Notes: generated by a model from the sequence alone, not told the origin. A DNA stretch of 19,320 nucleotides from Coleofasciculus chthonoplastes F2-STO-03 (GCA_040222015.1 JAVJWO010000056.1:1-19320), one strand, 5' to 3'; shown: positions 7,003 through 15,405, numbered from the stretch's first letter. Numbers and translations: made by a program.

Positions 7003-9012
7003 ATGGCTTCCAATTTATTATCAAAAGTTATTAGGCGATATCCAATTCGAGTGGCGATAACGGTTCTCTTAGGATTATCGGGTGGATTATTTAACGGTGT
7101 GGGTACAGCCCTAATCGCTCCGATCGTTTTAAATCTTTTAGGGATAGATTTAGATTTAAAAAGTGGTCCGCCAATTCTTCAGGCGATCATGTCACCCTTT
7201 AATAACCTACAGGGAAATTATCGGCTGATAGCCATGGCGGGAGCTATTGTGGGACTAATTCTATTAAAAAATATTTCTAATTATGCCAGTACATTAGCCT
7301 CCAGTTCGTTGAGACGCCGAATTACCTGTGATTTACGTGAAGCCGGCGTGAAATTATTACTCGACGTAGATATAGATTTTTACTCTCGCATGAAAGTCGG
7401 TGATCTCGTGAATCGCCTAGGGACAGAAATTGGTCGAGCTGCTGGGGAGGTTAGCACCATACTGAATATGATGGTGACGGTAACGAATGCCCTAGTATTT
7501 CTCGCCTTATTACTGGCTCTTTCCTGGGAATTGACATTAGCTTCAACAGTTTTAGTTGCTATTGTTGCGTTAGTCAATCAATACTCAATTAGTCGTGCCA
7601 AAGCATTTGGCAAACAGCTATCAAGTCTGTCAAAAGCTTATTCGATTGCCGTGCTAGAAACGTTGAGCGGAATTCGACTGGTTAAAGCTACTGGTAATGA
7701 TGAGAGAGAGTATCAAAGAATCCGGAAGCTAATCCGCGATCGCGAAAAGGCAGATTTTCAATCCCAGGCAAACAATGCAGCCATAGGACCTGTTGGTGAA
7801 GTGACTAGCATTGTCGGTTTGCTGACAATTGTGTTTATGGGGCGAATATTTTTTGCTAGTCAGATCGAGGCTCTATCGGCGGTATTACTAAGTTTTCTCA
7901 TCTTACTGCAACGGCTCTTACCGTTAATTTCCCAATTAAACAGAGCGAGGGGTTCCTTAGCGAATAGTTCAGCCAGTGTGGAAGTGGCACATGACTTCTT
8001 GCGTCATGATAATAAGCCCTTTATGAACCAAGGTTCTCAGTCTTACCATCCCTTAAAAAAAGGAATTTATTTTCATCAGCTATCGTTTGCCTATCCGACT
8101 CAACCGAACAAGGTAGTGTTACAAGAGGTTAATTTAGACTTACCTCGTGGGACAACATTAGCGTTAGTGGGAGCATCGGGTGCCGGTAAGTCAACGTTAG
8201 CGGATTTATTACCACGATTTTATGATCCCACAGAGGGGAGTATTACCCTAGATGGAATCGATTTGCGGGAGTTTGATATCAAAAGTCTCCGTAATAATAT
8301 GGGAATTGTTAGCCAAGATACATTTTTGTTCAATACCTCGGTTCACGATAATATTGCTTATGCTCGACCAGATGCTTCCGAAAAAGATGTAATTGAAGCG
8401 GCGCGACGGGCGAATGCCTTAGAATTTATTGAACAACTCCCTGGGGGGTTTGATACGATGATTGGCGATCGCGGGGTGCTATTATCAGGAGGCCAACGTC
8501 AGCGCCTTGCGATTGCTCGCGCTATTTTACAAAATCCGGATATCTTGATTCTGGACGAAGCTACGAGTGCATTAGATACGGTTTCTGAGCGTTTGGTGCA
8601 AGAAGCGCTGGAGGAATTGAGTCGCGATCGCACAACTCTGGTTATTGCTCACCGCCTTTCCACTGTGCAAAACGCCGATCAAATTGCGGTTTTAGAGAAA
8701 GGGTGTGTGATGGAAGTCGGGAAACATGACGAACTTTTACGCAAAGGAGGATATTATGCACGGTTGTATCAGATGCAATTTGCTGAACATCCCCAAGGTA
8801 CGTCCACCCCAAATCCTGCTTTAATGAAAGCCTCTTACGAAGTCCGAACCATGCTTAACTCTATGATCGGTTCTATCCGGTTGTTAGCAGATGACTTGGT
8901 GGATACCCCAGAAGAGGAGAATGAATTACTAGAAGAATCTTATAGTTCAGCTATCAATATTCTTAATACCATTGAATTATTTGAGAATAGTGCTAAAATG
9001 TCAAAAAAATAA
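7003..9012 (+). CDS. MsbA/HepA-type ABC exporter (fused TMD-NBD) with a C-terminal HisKA-like extension
   Basis: N-terminal TM helices, Walker A GASGAGKST, Q-loop VSQD, signature LSGGQRQR, Walker B ILILDEATSALD, H-loop IAHRLST, and an extra tail of about 70 aa. Confidence 0.95.
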   Translation: MASNLLSKVIRRYPIRVAITVLLGLSGGLFNGVGTALIAPIVLNLLGIDLDLKSGPPILQAIMSPFNNLQGNYRLIAMAGAIVGLILLKNISNYASTLASSSLRRRITCDLREAGVKLLLDVDIDFYSRMKVGDLVNRLGTEIGRAAGEVSTILNMMVTVTNALVFLALLLALSWELTLASTVLVAIVALVNQYSISRAKAFGKQLSSLSKAYSIAVLETLSGIRLVKATGNDEREYQRIRKLIRDREKADFQSQANNAAIGPVGEVTSIVGLLTIVFMGRIFFASQIEALSAVLLSFLILLQRLLPLISQLNRARGSLANSSASVEVAHDFLRHDNKPFMNQGSQSYHPLKKGIYFHQLSFAYPTQPNKVVLQEVNLDLPRGTTLALVGASGAGKSTLADLLPRFYDPTEGSITLDGIDLREFDIKSLRNNMGIVSQDTFLFNTSVHDNIAYARPDASEKDVIEAARRANALEFIEQLPGGFDTMIGDRGVLLSGGQRQRLAIARAILQNPDILILDEATSALDTVSERLVQEALEELSRDRTTLVIAHRLSTVQNADQIAVLEKGCVMEVGKHDELLRKGGYYARLYQMQFAEHPQGTSTPNPALMKASYEVRTMLNSMIGSIRLLADDLVDTPEEENELLEESYSSAINILNTIELFENSAKMSKK

Positions 9013-9059
9013 AAATAGGGGTTACCCTCTTCAAAATCTTTAAAAAATATAACAATCCG

Positions 9060-10229
9060 ATGAATAAATATTATATTTTTTTCACGAGAAATGTCTTACC
9101 TAAACCAGAAGCTCATATAGTTCATGATGTTAATACTGCTAATGCAGCAGCGAACCTAGGTTATCCGGCTGTCTTAGTCTATCTTCAGAAACCATGGCAA
9201 TCCCTTAATCCCATTGACTGGATTTATCCATTTCGCCTGAGCCAGCCAGAGGAAACAATCGTTAAATATTACAATATTCACAATAAACTTAAAGTTATTC
9301 CCCTAGCCATGCCGTGGCCCATTGGTCGAATGGGAGGAAAGTGGACTCACCCCAGTACGATAGTCTGCAAGTACTATTTTCCTGTTCATATTTTTCCTCA
9401 TACTAAAGTTTTGCATACTTTAGATTGGAATTTGGTAAAGATAGCTATTAAATCTGGTATTCCAGTTATTTACGAGCGAGAACACTATCCCAACCATAAA
9501 TATGAACCAGAAATTGTCCAGCATCCTCTCTTTCAAGTAGCGGTCACAGTTGCCGAACCTGTGCGCGAGAAAATGATTCAAAAGGGAATGCCACCAGAGA
9601 AAATACTCAAGCTTCATCTTAGCTTTAATCAATCGTTTCTAGTTCGACAACCTGACAAAGCTAAACAATGGCGACAAAAGTTGCTAGCCGAGGGAAGAGA
9701 AAACTTGGTAGTATATTCAGGAGGATTGTATCGATTTAAAGGGGTTGATCTGCTAATTGATGTCGCCCAAAAATTACCCCAGATTCAATTTGCCTTTGCC
9801 GGAGGAGATGAATCGCAGGTACAAGCCTATCGGCAACTAGCCAGGGAAAAACAAGCGGATAATGTTACGTTCTTAGGTTACATTCAGCACGAAGATTTAC
9901 CTAGTTTACTGCAAGCTGCCGATATCTTAGCTCATCCTCACTGTTCGGGCGAAGCAGCAACGTTTACCTCACCCCTCAAATTTTTTGAGTACTTGGCGTC
10001 TGGAACTCCTATTTTAGCCACAGAGATCCCACCATTAATGGAATTCAAGGAGACAAATATGATTGCGGTTTGGTGTGAACCTGATAATCCCAATCAATTC
10101 GCTCATTGCCTTCAATATACTCTAGAAACCTATCCCCGAAGAGAGAATGGTTATTCAGAGCAAATTGGTTTTGCTCGTCAATTTTCTTGGGAAAATCGAT
10201 TAGCAAAAATTATAAATCACATAAAATAA
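9060..10229 (+). CDS. Glycosyltransferase family 4 (GT-B fold)
   Basis: YSGGLYRFKGVDLL, VTFLGY, SPLKFFEYLASGTPILAT and FSWENR motifs. Confidence 0.92.
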   Translation: MNKYYIFFTRNVLPKPEAHIVHDVNTANAAANLGYPAVLVYLQKPWQSLNPIDWIYPFRLSQPEETIVKYYNIHNKLKVIPLAMPWPIGRMGGKWTHPSTIVCKYYFPVHIFPHTKVLHTLDWNLVKIAIKSGIPVIYEREHYPNHKYEPEIVQHPLFQVAVTVAEPVREKMIQKGMPPEKILKLHLSFNQSFLVRQPDKAKQWRQKLLAEGRENLVVYSGGLYRFKGVDLLIDVAQKLPQIQFAFAGGDESQVQAYRQLAREKQADNVTFLGYIQHEDLPSLLQAADILAHPHCSGEAATFTSPLKFFEYLASGTPILATEIPPLMEFKETNMIAVWCEPDNPNQFAHCLQYTLETYPRRENGYSEQIGFARQFSWENRLAKIINHIK

Positions 10230-10381
10230 AAAAATAAATTATGTAATTAATCAGGTAACAATGTTTGTGCAATTAAACTATTAGAATTAAAGCGTAGTAA
10301 AATTTATGTAATTTTTAACTGGTTAAAATTGAGATTAAATCAAAAAGCTACACTGGAATAATTTGAGGAGGAAACTAGCAA

Positions 10382-11140
10382 ATGTTCAATTGTATTATAT
10401 TAGGTTCAGGACGTAGTGGAACTAGTATGGTGGCTGGGACTCTGAATGGTGCAGGATATTTCATGGGAGATAGGATAATGTCTCCAACTCGAATCAACCC
10501 TAAGGGCTATTTTGAATCAAAAGATGTTGAAGCTATTAATGAAGAATTATTGAGTAAGGTCGTACCTGCGCGACCAAGAGGAATAATTGGAAATTTTTTC
10601 AAAACCCGACCGACTAGAAATCAACGATGGCTTGCCAGAATACCTTTGAACAAAAAAGTTCATTGTCCTCTGGAAATAGCAGAAAGAATAGAATCATTAA
10701 CGCAGAAACAACCTTTTTGCTTTAAAGATCCTCGCTTCTGTTATACATTGCCTGCCTGGAGACCATTTTTAATGGATACTGTATTTTTGTGTATATTTAG
10801 ACATCCAGCGGCAACTGCTTCCAGCATACTGAAAGTTCGTGAAAAGCAAAAATATTTACATAATTTTTCAATAAATTTTGGTCAAGCATTGCAAGTATGG
10901 GAACTCATGTATCAGCACATTTTGAAAATTCATATACACAAAGGTAAATGGTTATTTATTCACTATAACCAAGTATTAGAAGGGACAGGAATTGATAAAA
11001 TTGAAGAGTTTATTGATGGCAACGTAGACCGTAACTTTCCTGATGCTTCATTACAAAATTCTGACTCATTTGAACCTGTATCGGCAAAGACTTATGAAAT
11101 TTATGAAGAATTATGTAAATTAGCCAACTATAAAGAGTAA
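10382..11140 (+). CDS. Sulfotransferase family protein
   Basis: 5'-PSB loop ILGSGRSGTSM, plus NPKGYFE, FKDPR and IFRHP...S. GAGGAGG RBS upstream. Confidence 0.88.
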   Translation: MFNCIILGSGRSGTSMVAGTLNGAGYFMGDRIMSPTRINPKGYFESKDVEAINEELLSKVVPARPRGIIGNFFKTRPTRNQRWLARIPLNKKVHCPLEIAERIESLTQKQPFCFKDPRFCYTLPAWRPFLMDTVFLCIFRHPAATASSILKVREKQKYLHNFSINFGQALQVWELMYQHILKIHIHKGKWLFIHYNQVLEGTGIDKIEEFIDGNVDRNFPDASLQNSDSFEPVSAKTYEIYEELCKLANYKE

Positions 11141-11241
11141 ACATTGGCAATTACATGAGTTGATTAATAAATAAAATTAAGTTTTTATTTATTATTTTTG
11201 TTAATTCAATCCAAATAAACTGATTTCAAGGAGTTAAAAAT

Positions 11242-12147
11242 ATGATAATGCCTAATTTTTTAATTATAGGGGCGGCGAAAACAGGAACGACTTCACTTTA
11301 CAGATATTTAAAGCAGCATCCGCAAATTTACATGAGTCCTGCAAAAGAACCAAAGTTTTTTGCCTATGAAGGAGAAACATTAAATTTTTGCGGTCCCGAT
11401 GACTCTGAAGAAGCCAAGTCAGTTGTGACTCATATTGATGCCTATCAAGCACTATTTAATAAAGTAACCAATGAAATAGCGATTGGTGAAGCATCTACAA
11501 TCTACCTTTACAGCCCGAATGCGGTCAAACGGATAAAACACTATATTCCTCATGTAAAGCTGATTACTATGCTTCGCAATCCAATTGATAGAGCTTATTC
11601 AAATTTTTTACATTTGGTCTACCAAGGTCGTGAACCATTAACAGATTTTGCCCAAGCTCTTGCACAAGAAGAACAGCGAATATTAGATAACTGGTGGCCT
11701 TTTTGGCATTACAAAAAACGGGGGTTATACTATGTCCAACTGAAACGCTATGTTGATGTGTTTGAACGTGATCAGATTAAAGTTTATATCTATGAAGATT
11801 TTCAGAACAATCTTTTCAATATTTTGCCAGACATTTTTCAATTTCTAGAAGTTAACGAAACATTTATTCCTTGTTTATCCGAAAGGGTTAGAGAATCCCG
11901 CCGCGCTCCAAAAAATAAAACTTTATATGCACTCTTTAACAAACCCAACCCAATTAAATCGATGTTGAAGCCACTGTTTTCTGAGAAACTGCGCCAGCAA
12001 ATTACGTTCACTGTTAACAATGGAAATCTTGTTAAACCTAAAGTTTCACAAGAAGTCCGCAAGCAACTCGTCGAATTTTATAGAGAAGACATTCTTGAGC
12101 TTCAAGAGTTGCTTCAGCGAGATTTGTCAAAATGGTTAGAGTATTGA
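11242..12147 (+). CDS. PAPS-dependent sulfotransferase (heparan-sulfate sulfotransferase-like motifs)
   Basis: PNFLIIGAAKTGTTSL (5'-PSB), KEPKFF, GEASTIYL and LRNPIDRAYS (3'-PB). AAGGAG RBS upstream. Confidence 0.93.
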   Translation: MIMPNFLIIGAAKTGTTSLYRYLKQHPQIYMSPAKEPKFFAYEGETLNFCGPDDSEEAKSVVTHIDAYQALFNKVTNEIAIGEASTIYLYSPNAVKRIKHYIPHVKLITMLRNPIDRAYSNFLHLVYQGREPLTDFAQALAQEEQRILDNWWPFWHYKKRGLYYVQLKRYVDVFERDQIKVYIYEDFQNNLFNILPDIFQFLEVNETFIPCLSERVRESRRAPKNKTLYALFNKPNPIKSMLKPLFSEKLRQQITFTVNNGNLVKPKVSQEVRKQLVEFYREDILELQELLQRDLSKWLEY

Positions 12148-12184
12148 GAATGAAGTGACTTTGGCAAAAAAACTTTGCTCAAAC

Positions 12185-12214
12185 TTGACAAATTCAGCCT
12201 TGATCAGGCAATAT
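12185..12214 (+). promoter_or_regulatory. Candidate sigma70-type promoter for rplU-rpmA
   Basis: Perfect TTGACA (12185-12190), N18, CAATAT (12209-12214). Confidence 0.45.
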
Positions 12215-12312
12215 AAGAAACTGCCTTTCTACACCTGCTCGGATCAGGTAAAGATCTAGCAAAAGCAGCTCAAAGCCTGAGAGTCACAGCGATTTATCGC
12301 TTCTCTACGGGA

Positions 12313-12403
12313 TTAGGACTAAGGAAAAGTCGTTAGGCTTAGTACAAGTGTTAAGCTAGACAGTGCTGTCGCTTGTATATCTGATGTTGTGTCTTAGTCC
12401 TAA
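12313..12403. repeat. Inverted-repeat element in the rplU leader
   Basis: TTAGGACTAAG (12313-12323) / CTTAGTCCTAA (12393-12403), a perfect 11-bp IR, with an inner TACAAG/CTTGTA pair. Confidence 0.6.
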
Positions 12404-12451
12404 CCTACTAATGAGCTAGCTACCTGTACGGCTACATTTAAGGACAATTCC

Positions 12452-12790
12452 ATGAGTTACGCAATTATTGAGACAGGCGGAAAACAACTACGAGTTGAAC
12501 CGGGTCGTTTTTACGACATTGAACTCCTACCCGTTGAACCCGAAGAAAAAGTTACGATTGAACGGGTGTTGCTGGTTGAAAATGATGGTGATGTCACCAT
12601 TGGTCAGCCTTGGGTTGATGGAGCAACCGTTGAAGGCACGGTAATGCGGCATTTTCGCGATCGCAAAATCCTGGTCTACAAGATGAAGCCGAAGAAGAAA
12701 ACCCGCAAAAAGCGGGGACATCGCCAGGAAATTACCCGTCTGATGGTTGATGCTATTAGTATGAATGGTTCAGCAAGAGGAGGCGATTGA
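12452..12790 (+). CDS. rplU: 50S ribosomal protein L21
   Basis: [18 protein letters not shown] and [14 protein letters not shown] motifs; upstream of rpmA. Confidence 0.98.
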   Translation: MSYAIIETGGKQLRVEPGRFYDIELLPVEPEEKVTIERVLLVENDGDVTIGQPWVDGATVEGTVMRHFRDRKILVYKMKPKKKTRKKRGHRQEITRLMVDAISMNGSARGGD

Positions 12791-12878
12791 AATCGCTGCT
12801 ACACAAGCAAAGTCCGCCTGCGCGGACTAGGTTATAACGGGGGTAGCGTTCCCCGGATTTGGTATCACACCATTAAAA
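12783..12878. mobile_element. Multi-hairpin insert flanked by 9-bp direct repeats CAAGAGGAG
   Basis: Direct repeats at 12774-12782 and 12879-12887. Internal hairpins GCGATT/AATCGC, AGTCCGC/GCGGACT and GGGG/CCCC. Confidence 0.5.
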
Positions 12879-12890
12879 CAAGAGGAGACT

Positions 12891-13178
12891 ATGGCTCACA
12901 AGAAAGGTACAGGTAGTACTCGTAACGGTCGTGACTCTAATGCCAAGCGGCTAGGAGTTAAACGCTTTGGCGGTCAAGTTGTCAAAGCCGGTAACATTTT
13001 AGTGCGTCAGCGGGGTACCAAATTTCACCCCGGCACCAATGTTGGTCGTGGCAAAGATGATACTCTATTTGCCCTGATTGATGGCACGGTGACGTTTGAG
13101 AGAAAGGGTAAATCTGGCAAGAAAGTGAGCATTTATCCAGTTGCGGCTGAAGCTGAACTGGCAACAGCTCAGGTTTAG
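12891..13178 (+). CDS. rpmA: 50S ribosomal protein L27
   Basis: [24 protein letters not shown]...[22 protein letters not shown]. Confidence 0.99.
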   Translation: MAHKKGTGSTRNGRDSNAKRLGVKRFGGQVVKAGNILVRQRGTKFHPGTNVGRGKDDTLFALIDGTVTFERKGKSGKKVSIYPVAAEAELATAQV

Positions 13179-13182
13179 ATTT

Positions 13183-13215
13183 GTAGGTTGGGTCTAGGGA
13201 AGAGACCCAACCTAC
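13183..13215. terminator. GTAG-type hairpin after rpmA (REP/terminator-like)
   Basis: GTAGGTTGGGTCT (13183-13195) / AGACCCAACCTAC (13203-13215), a perfect 13-bp stem. Confidence 0.65.
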
Positions 13216-13300
13216 CCCCTGAAGCTAGCTCAGTTGTAACCCAGTTCATGTTAAGATCCATTTCAATTCTGAAAATTCGCTTAGAAAGGAAGACTTAACT

Positions 13301-13438
13301 ATGGAAGCAGCCATGCTGTTGGCGAAATTGCCTGAAGCCTACTCTATCTTTGACCCTATCGTAGACGTTCTCCCAGTCATCCCTGTCTTTTTCTTGCTGC
13401 TAGCGTTTGTTTGGCAAGCGGCTGTGGGTTTCCGGTAA
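13301..13438 (+). CDS. psbK: Photosystem II reaction center protein K
   Basis: Not in the ORF track. Hand translation: [45 protein letters not shown] (45 aa); AAGGA RBS. Confidence 0.98.
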   Translation: MEAAMLLAKLPEAYSIFDPIVDVLPVIPVFFLLLAFVWQAAVGFR

Positions 13439-13460
13439 ATCACTAAAATCAATTATGGCA

Positions 13461-13588
13461 AGGACACCCAGTTAGGGAAAATGGCACTGACTTTAGAGTT
13501 TGTAGTAAGCGATGCGAAGGCTTCTGACATGCTTTGTGCCTACTACAAACCCAGCTTAAGTCAGCAGCATTCCAGTTAGGGGTGTCCT
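13461..13588. repeat. Long nested inverted repeat (MITE-like) downstream of psbK
   Basis: Three nested pairs: AGGACACCC/GGGTGTCCT (13461-13469/13580-13588), CTGACTT/AAGTCAG (13487-13493/13558-13564) and GTTTGTAGTA/TACTACAAAC (13498-13507/13541-13550). Confidence 0.65.
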
Positions 13589-13751
13589 GATTCATAGTCT
13601 ACAGCTTTATATATTTAGGGCTTGCTGCACAAAGCCAAAACCCTTATCAAGCAATGCTTTGATTTTTATTGATAGAGGGTTTGATTCAAGGGAATCGGGT
13701 AGCATCCTTCATAAGTATGGCATCACCTTGCTCAGGAAAAATGTACCCTTG

Positions 13752-13845
13752 CTCCTCCAGCTCCCAGACGTGCCATGGCACGTCTCTACATTGGCTTCCC
13801 CAGCGTTCGACTGAGCGCTCACGCCGAAGTCTTCCCCCGCTCCCC
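13752..13845. repeat. Degenerate CT(T)CCCCAG tandem tract carrying two 27-nt inserts (13768-13794, 13804-13830)
   Basis: The first insert overlaps the palindrome AGACGTGCCATGGCACGTCT (13766-13785). The second is identical to 68-94. Confidence 0.75.
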
Positions 13846-13860
13846 TTCAGCAGCCCCTAT

Positions 13861-14415
13861 TTAGCTGCGTCCGCCAATCGTTTTTTGAAACGCCGATCGC
13901 TCACCAAGGCGTTTAATATAGTCTGAGATAGCTGGGTACTCGCTCAGGTCAAGCTGTAACATGATCGGGATATAACTCAAATACGATCCCACCGCCACAT
14001 CAGCGACACTAAACTGATCTCCCAACAAGAACGGTTGATTCTGTAAACGCTGCTCAAGCGGGGGAAATAATTTAGGCATTTCCCGCTCTCGACTCGCCTC
14101 CACAAAAATTCCCGGACCAAGCGTCGCATTGGCAAACAAAATCCATTGAGCTATGGTTGCTTGCTCCTCCAATCCGTTCAGGTTGCCATATTTTTGAGCC
14201 AAGTAGAGCAAAATTGCTCCCGACTCCCACAGTTGGAAATCCTCATCCATAATGGCGGGAACTTTTCCCATGGGATTAATCGCCAGATAATCCGGCTGGC
14301 GATGTTCTCCAGCTTGCATGTCCAACAGTACATAGTCGTAGGGAACGCCCAATTCTTCCAAATACCACTGGACAATTGACGCCCGACTGCGGGAGCCACC
14401 ATAAAGTTTCAGCAT
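13861..14415 (-). CDS. Glutathione S-transferase family protein
   Basis: SRASIVQWYLEELG, INPMGKVPAI, LWESGAILLYLA and FLLGDQFSVADV motifs. Confidence 0.95.
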   Translation of the reverse strand: MLKLYGGSRSRASIVQWYLEELGVPYDYVLLDMQAGEHRQPDYLAINPMGKVPAIMDEDFQLWESGAILLYLAQKYGNLNGLEEQATIAQWILFANATLGPGIFVEASREREMPKLFPPLEQRLQNQPFLLGDQFSVADVAVGSYLSYIPIMLQLDLSEYPAISDYIKRLGERSAFQKTIGGRS

Positions 14416-14426
14416 CGTCGTTTGGG

Positions 14427-14891
14427 TTATAGAACTTTGTGAGTGTATTCGTGCTGTTTAACGTCGTCTTCCTTACGCACAACTCGGATCTGATTCAGCA
14501 CCCGCTTGCGTTCGATAGAGTAGTTAAAATCATCGCGTGTTGTACCGGGGGGAATGTGGGCTTGTGCCTCCGGACGAGTTTTGTAGGTGCGAGCTGCTGC
14601 GATCGCGCGGGCGATAAAATCGTCGCAAAAATGAGCCTCGGCGGGAAATTCCGGCGGTTTTTCTGGGGTGTCACCACTGATAACCTCGCCCAGTGTGGTG
14701 CCATGCGCCATGGAATAGGAGGTCGGAATCCCTTTGAGAACTGCCTCCAGAGCCGCAGAAGGAATCGGTTCCAGGATTTTCACCTCCTCAACTTCACCCT
14801 CTTGTTTTAAGAAGCAGGTGGCTAACCCTACCACTAAATAGTTATCCGCACTAACGTCAGGAGCATTCTGTAATGCTGTTATGGTTGCCAT
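14427..14891 (-). CDS. Conserved cyanobacterial hypothetical protein
   Basis: Long ORF with a HIP1 site, 11 nt from the GST start. ATG 14891 has AAGGA upstream. Motifs YLVVGLATCF, EPIPSA and D.VKQH resemble a cyanobacterial family of unknown function. Confidence 0.85.
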   Translation of the reverse strand: MATITALQNAPDVSADNYLVVGLATCFLKQEGEVEEVKILEPIPSAALEAVLKGIPTSYSMAHGTTLGEVISGDTPEKPPEFPAEAHFCDDFIARAIAAARTYKTRPEAQAHIPPGTTRDDFNYSIERKRVLNQIRVVRKEDDVKQHEYTHKVL

Positions 14892-15405
14892 ATTTTCAGT
14901 GTCCTTAACTATTCCCAACCCAAACCAATCAGTTACTTGGGTTGCATTTTACCACCTTCTCGACTGGACATTCTTTATTTGTGAGTTAGACTGGGCAATC
15001 ACTTGCTGGGGAATGTAAAGAAACGTTGCAGATTTCTGGCACGTTACCGTTAGCCCTGTAAGGTTGGGGGACGGAGCATCGCCAGATGGCAATAAAGGTT
15101 TGAGTGCTGATTGCGAGCGGAATGAACTCGTGTTCGATTGTGCCAATTTTTGTAGGTTCACACAGCTAGCGGGGTGAACCACACCCAGGATAGAGGGAAT
15201 GACTCAGCTTCATTCATTAAGATTTCAGGAAAGCAGCTAAGCTGTGCTGTAGATTTCTCATAGAACATCAATCAGTTGGGTTGGCTGGTGATTATTAAGA
15301 GGAGTAAAGACGCCTCAGGAAGTGACACACCGACACCAACTCGCGGGGTGCAGCCAGACTTAAGGTTGATTGTAGATAGACCGCAGGTGTTGTTGGAGAA
15401 CGATT

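Noticed and set aside
15103..15250. Partial resemblance to a c-di-AMP (ydaO) riboswitch: GCTGA..AGCGG, GGGGTGAAC, CAGCTAA
   Set aside because: The GGGGGACCC and CCCGAA.CCG core segments are missing and the spacing is wrong. An Rfam scan would settle it.
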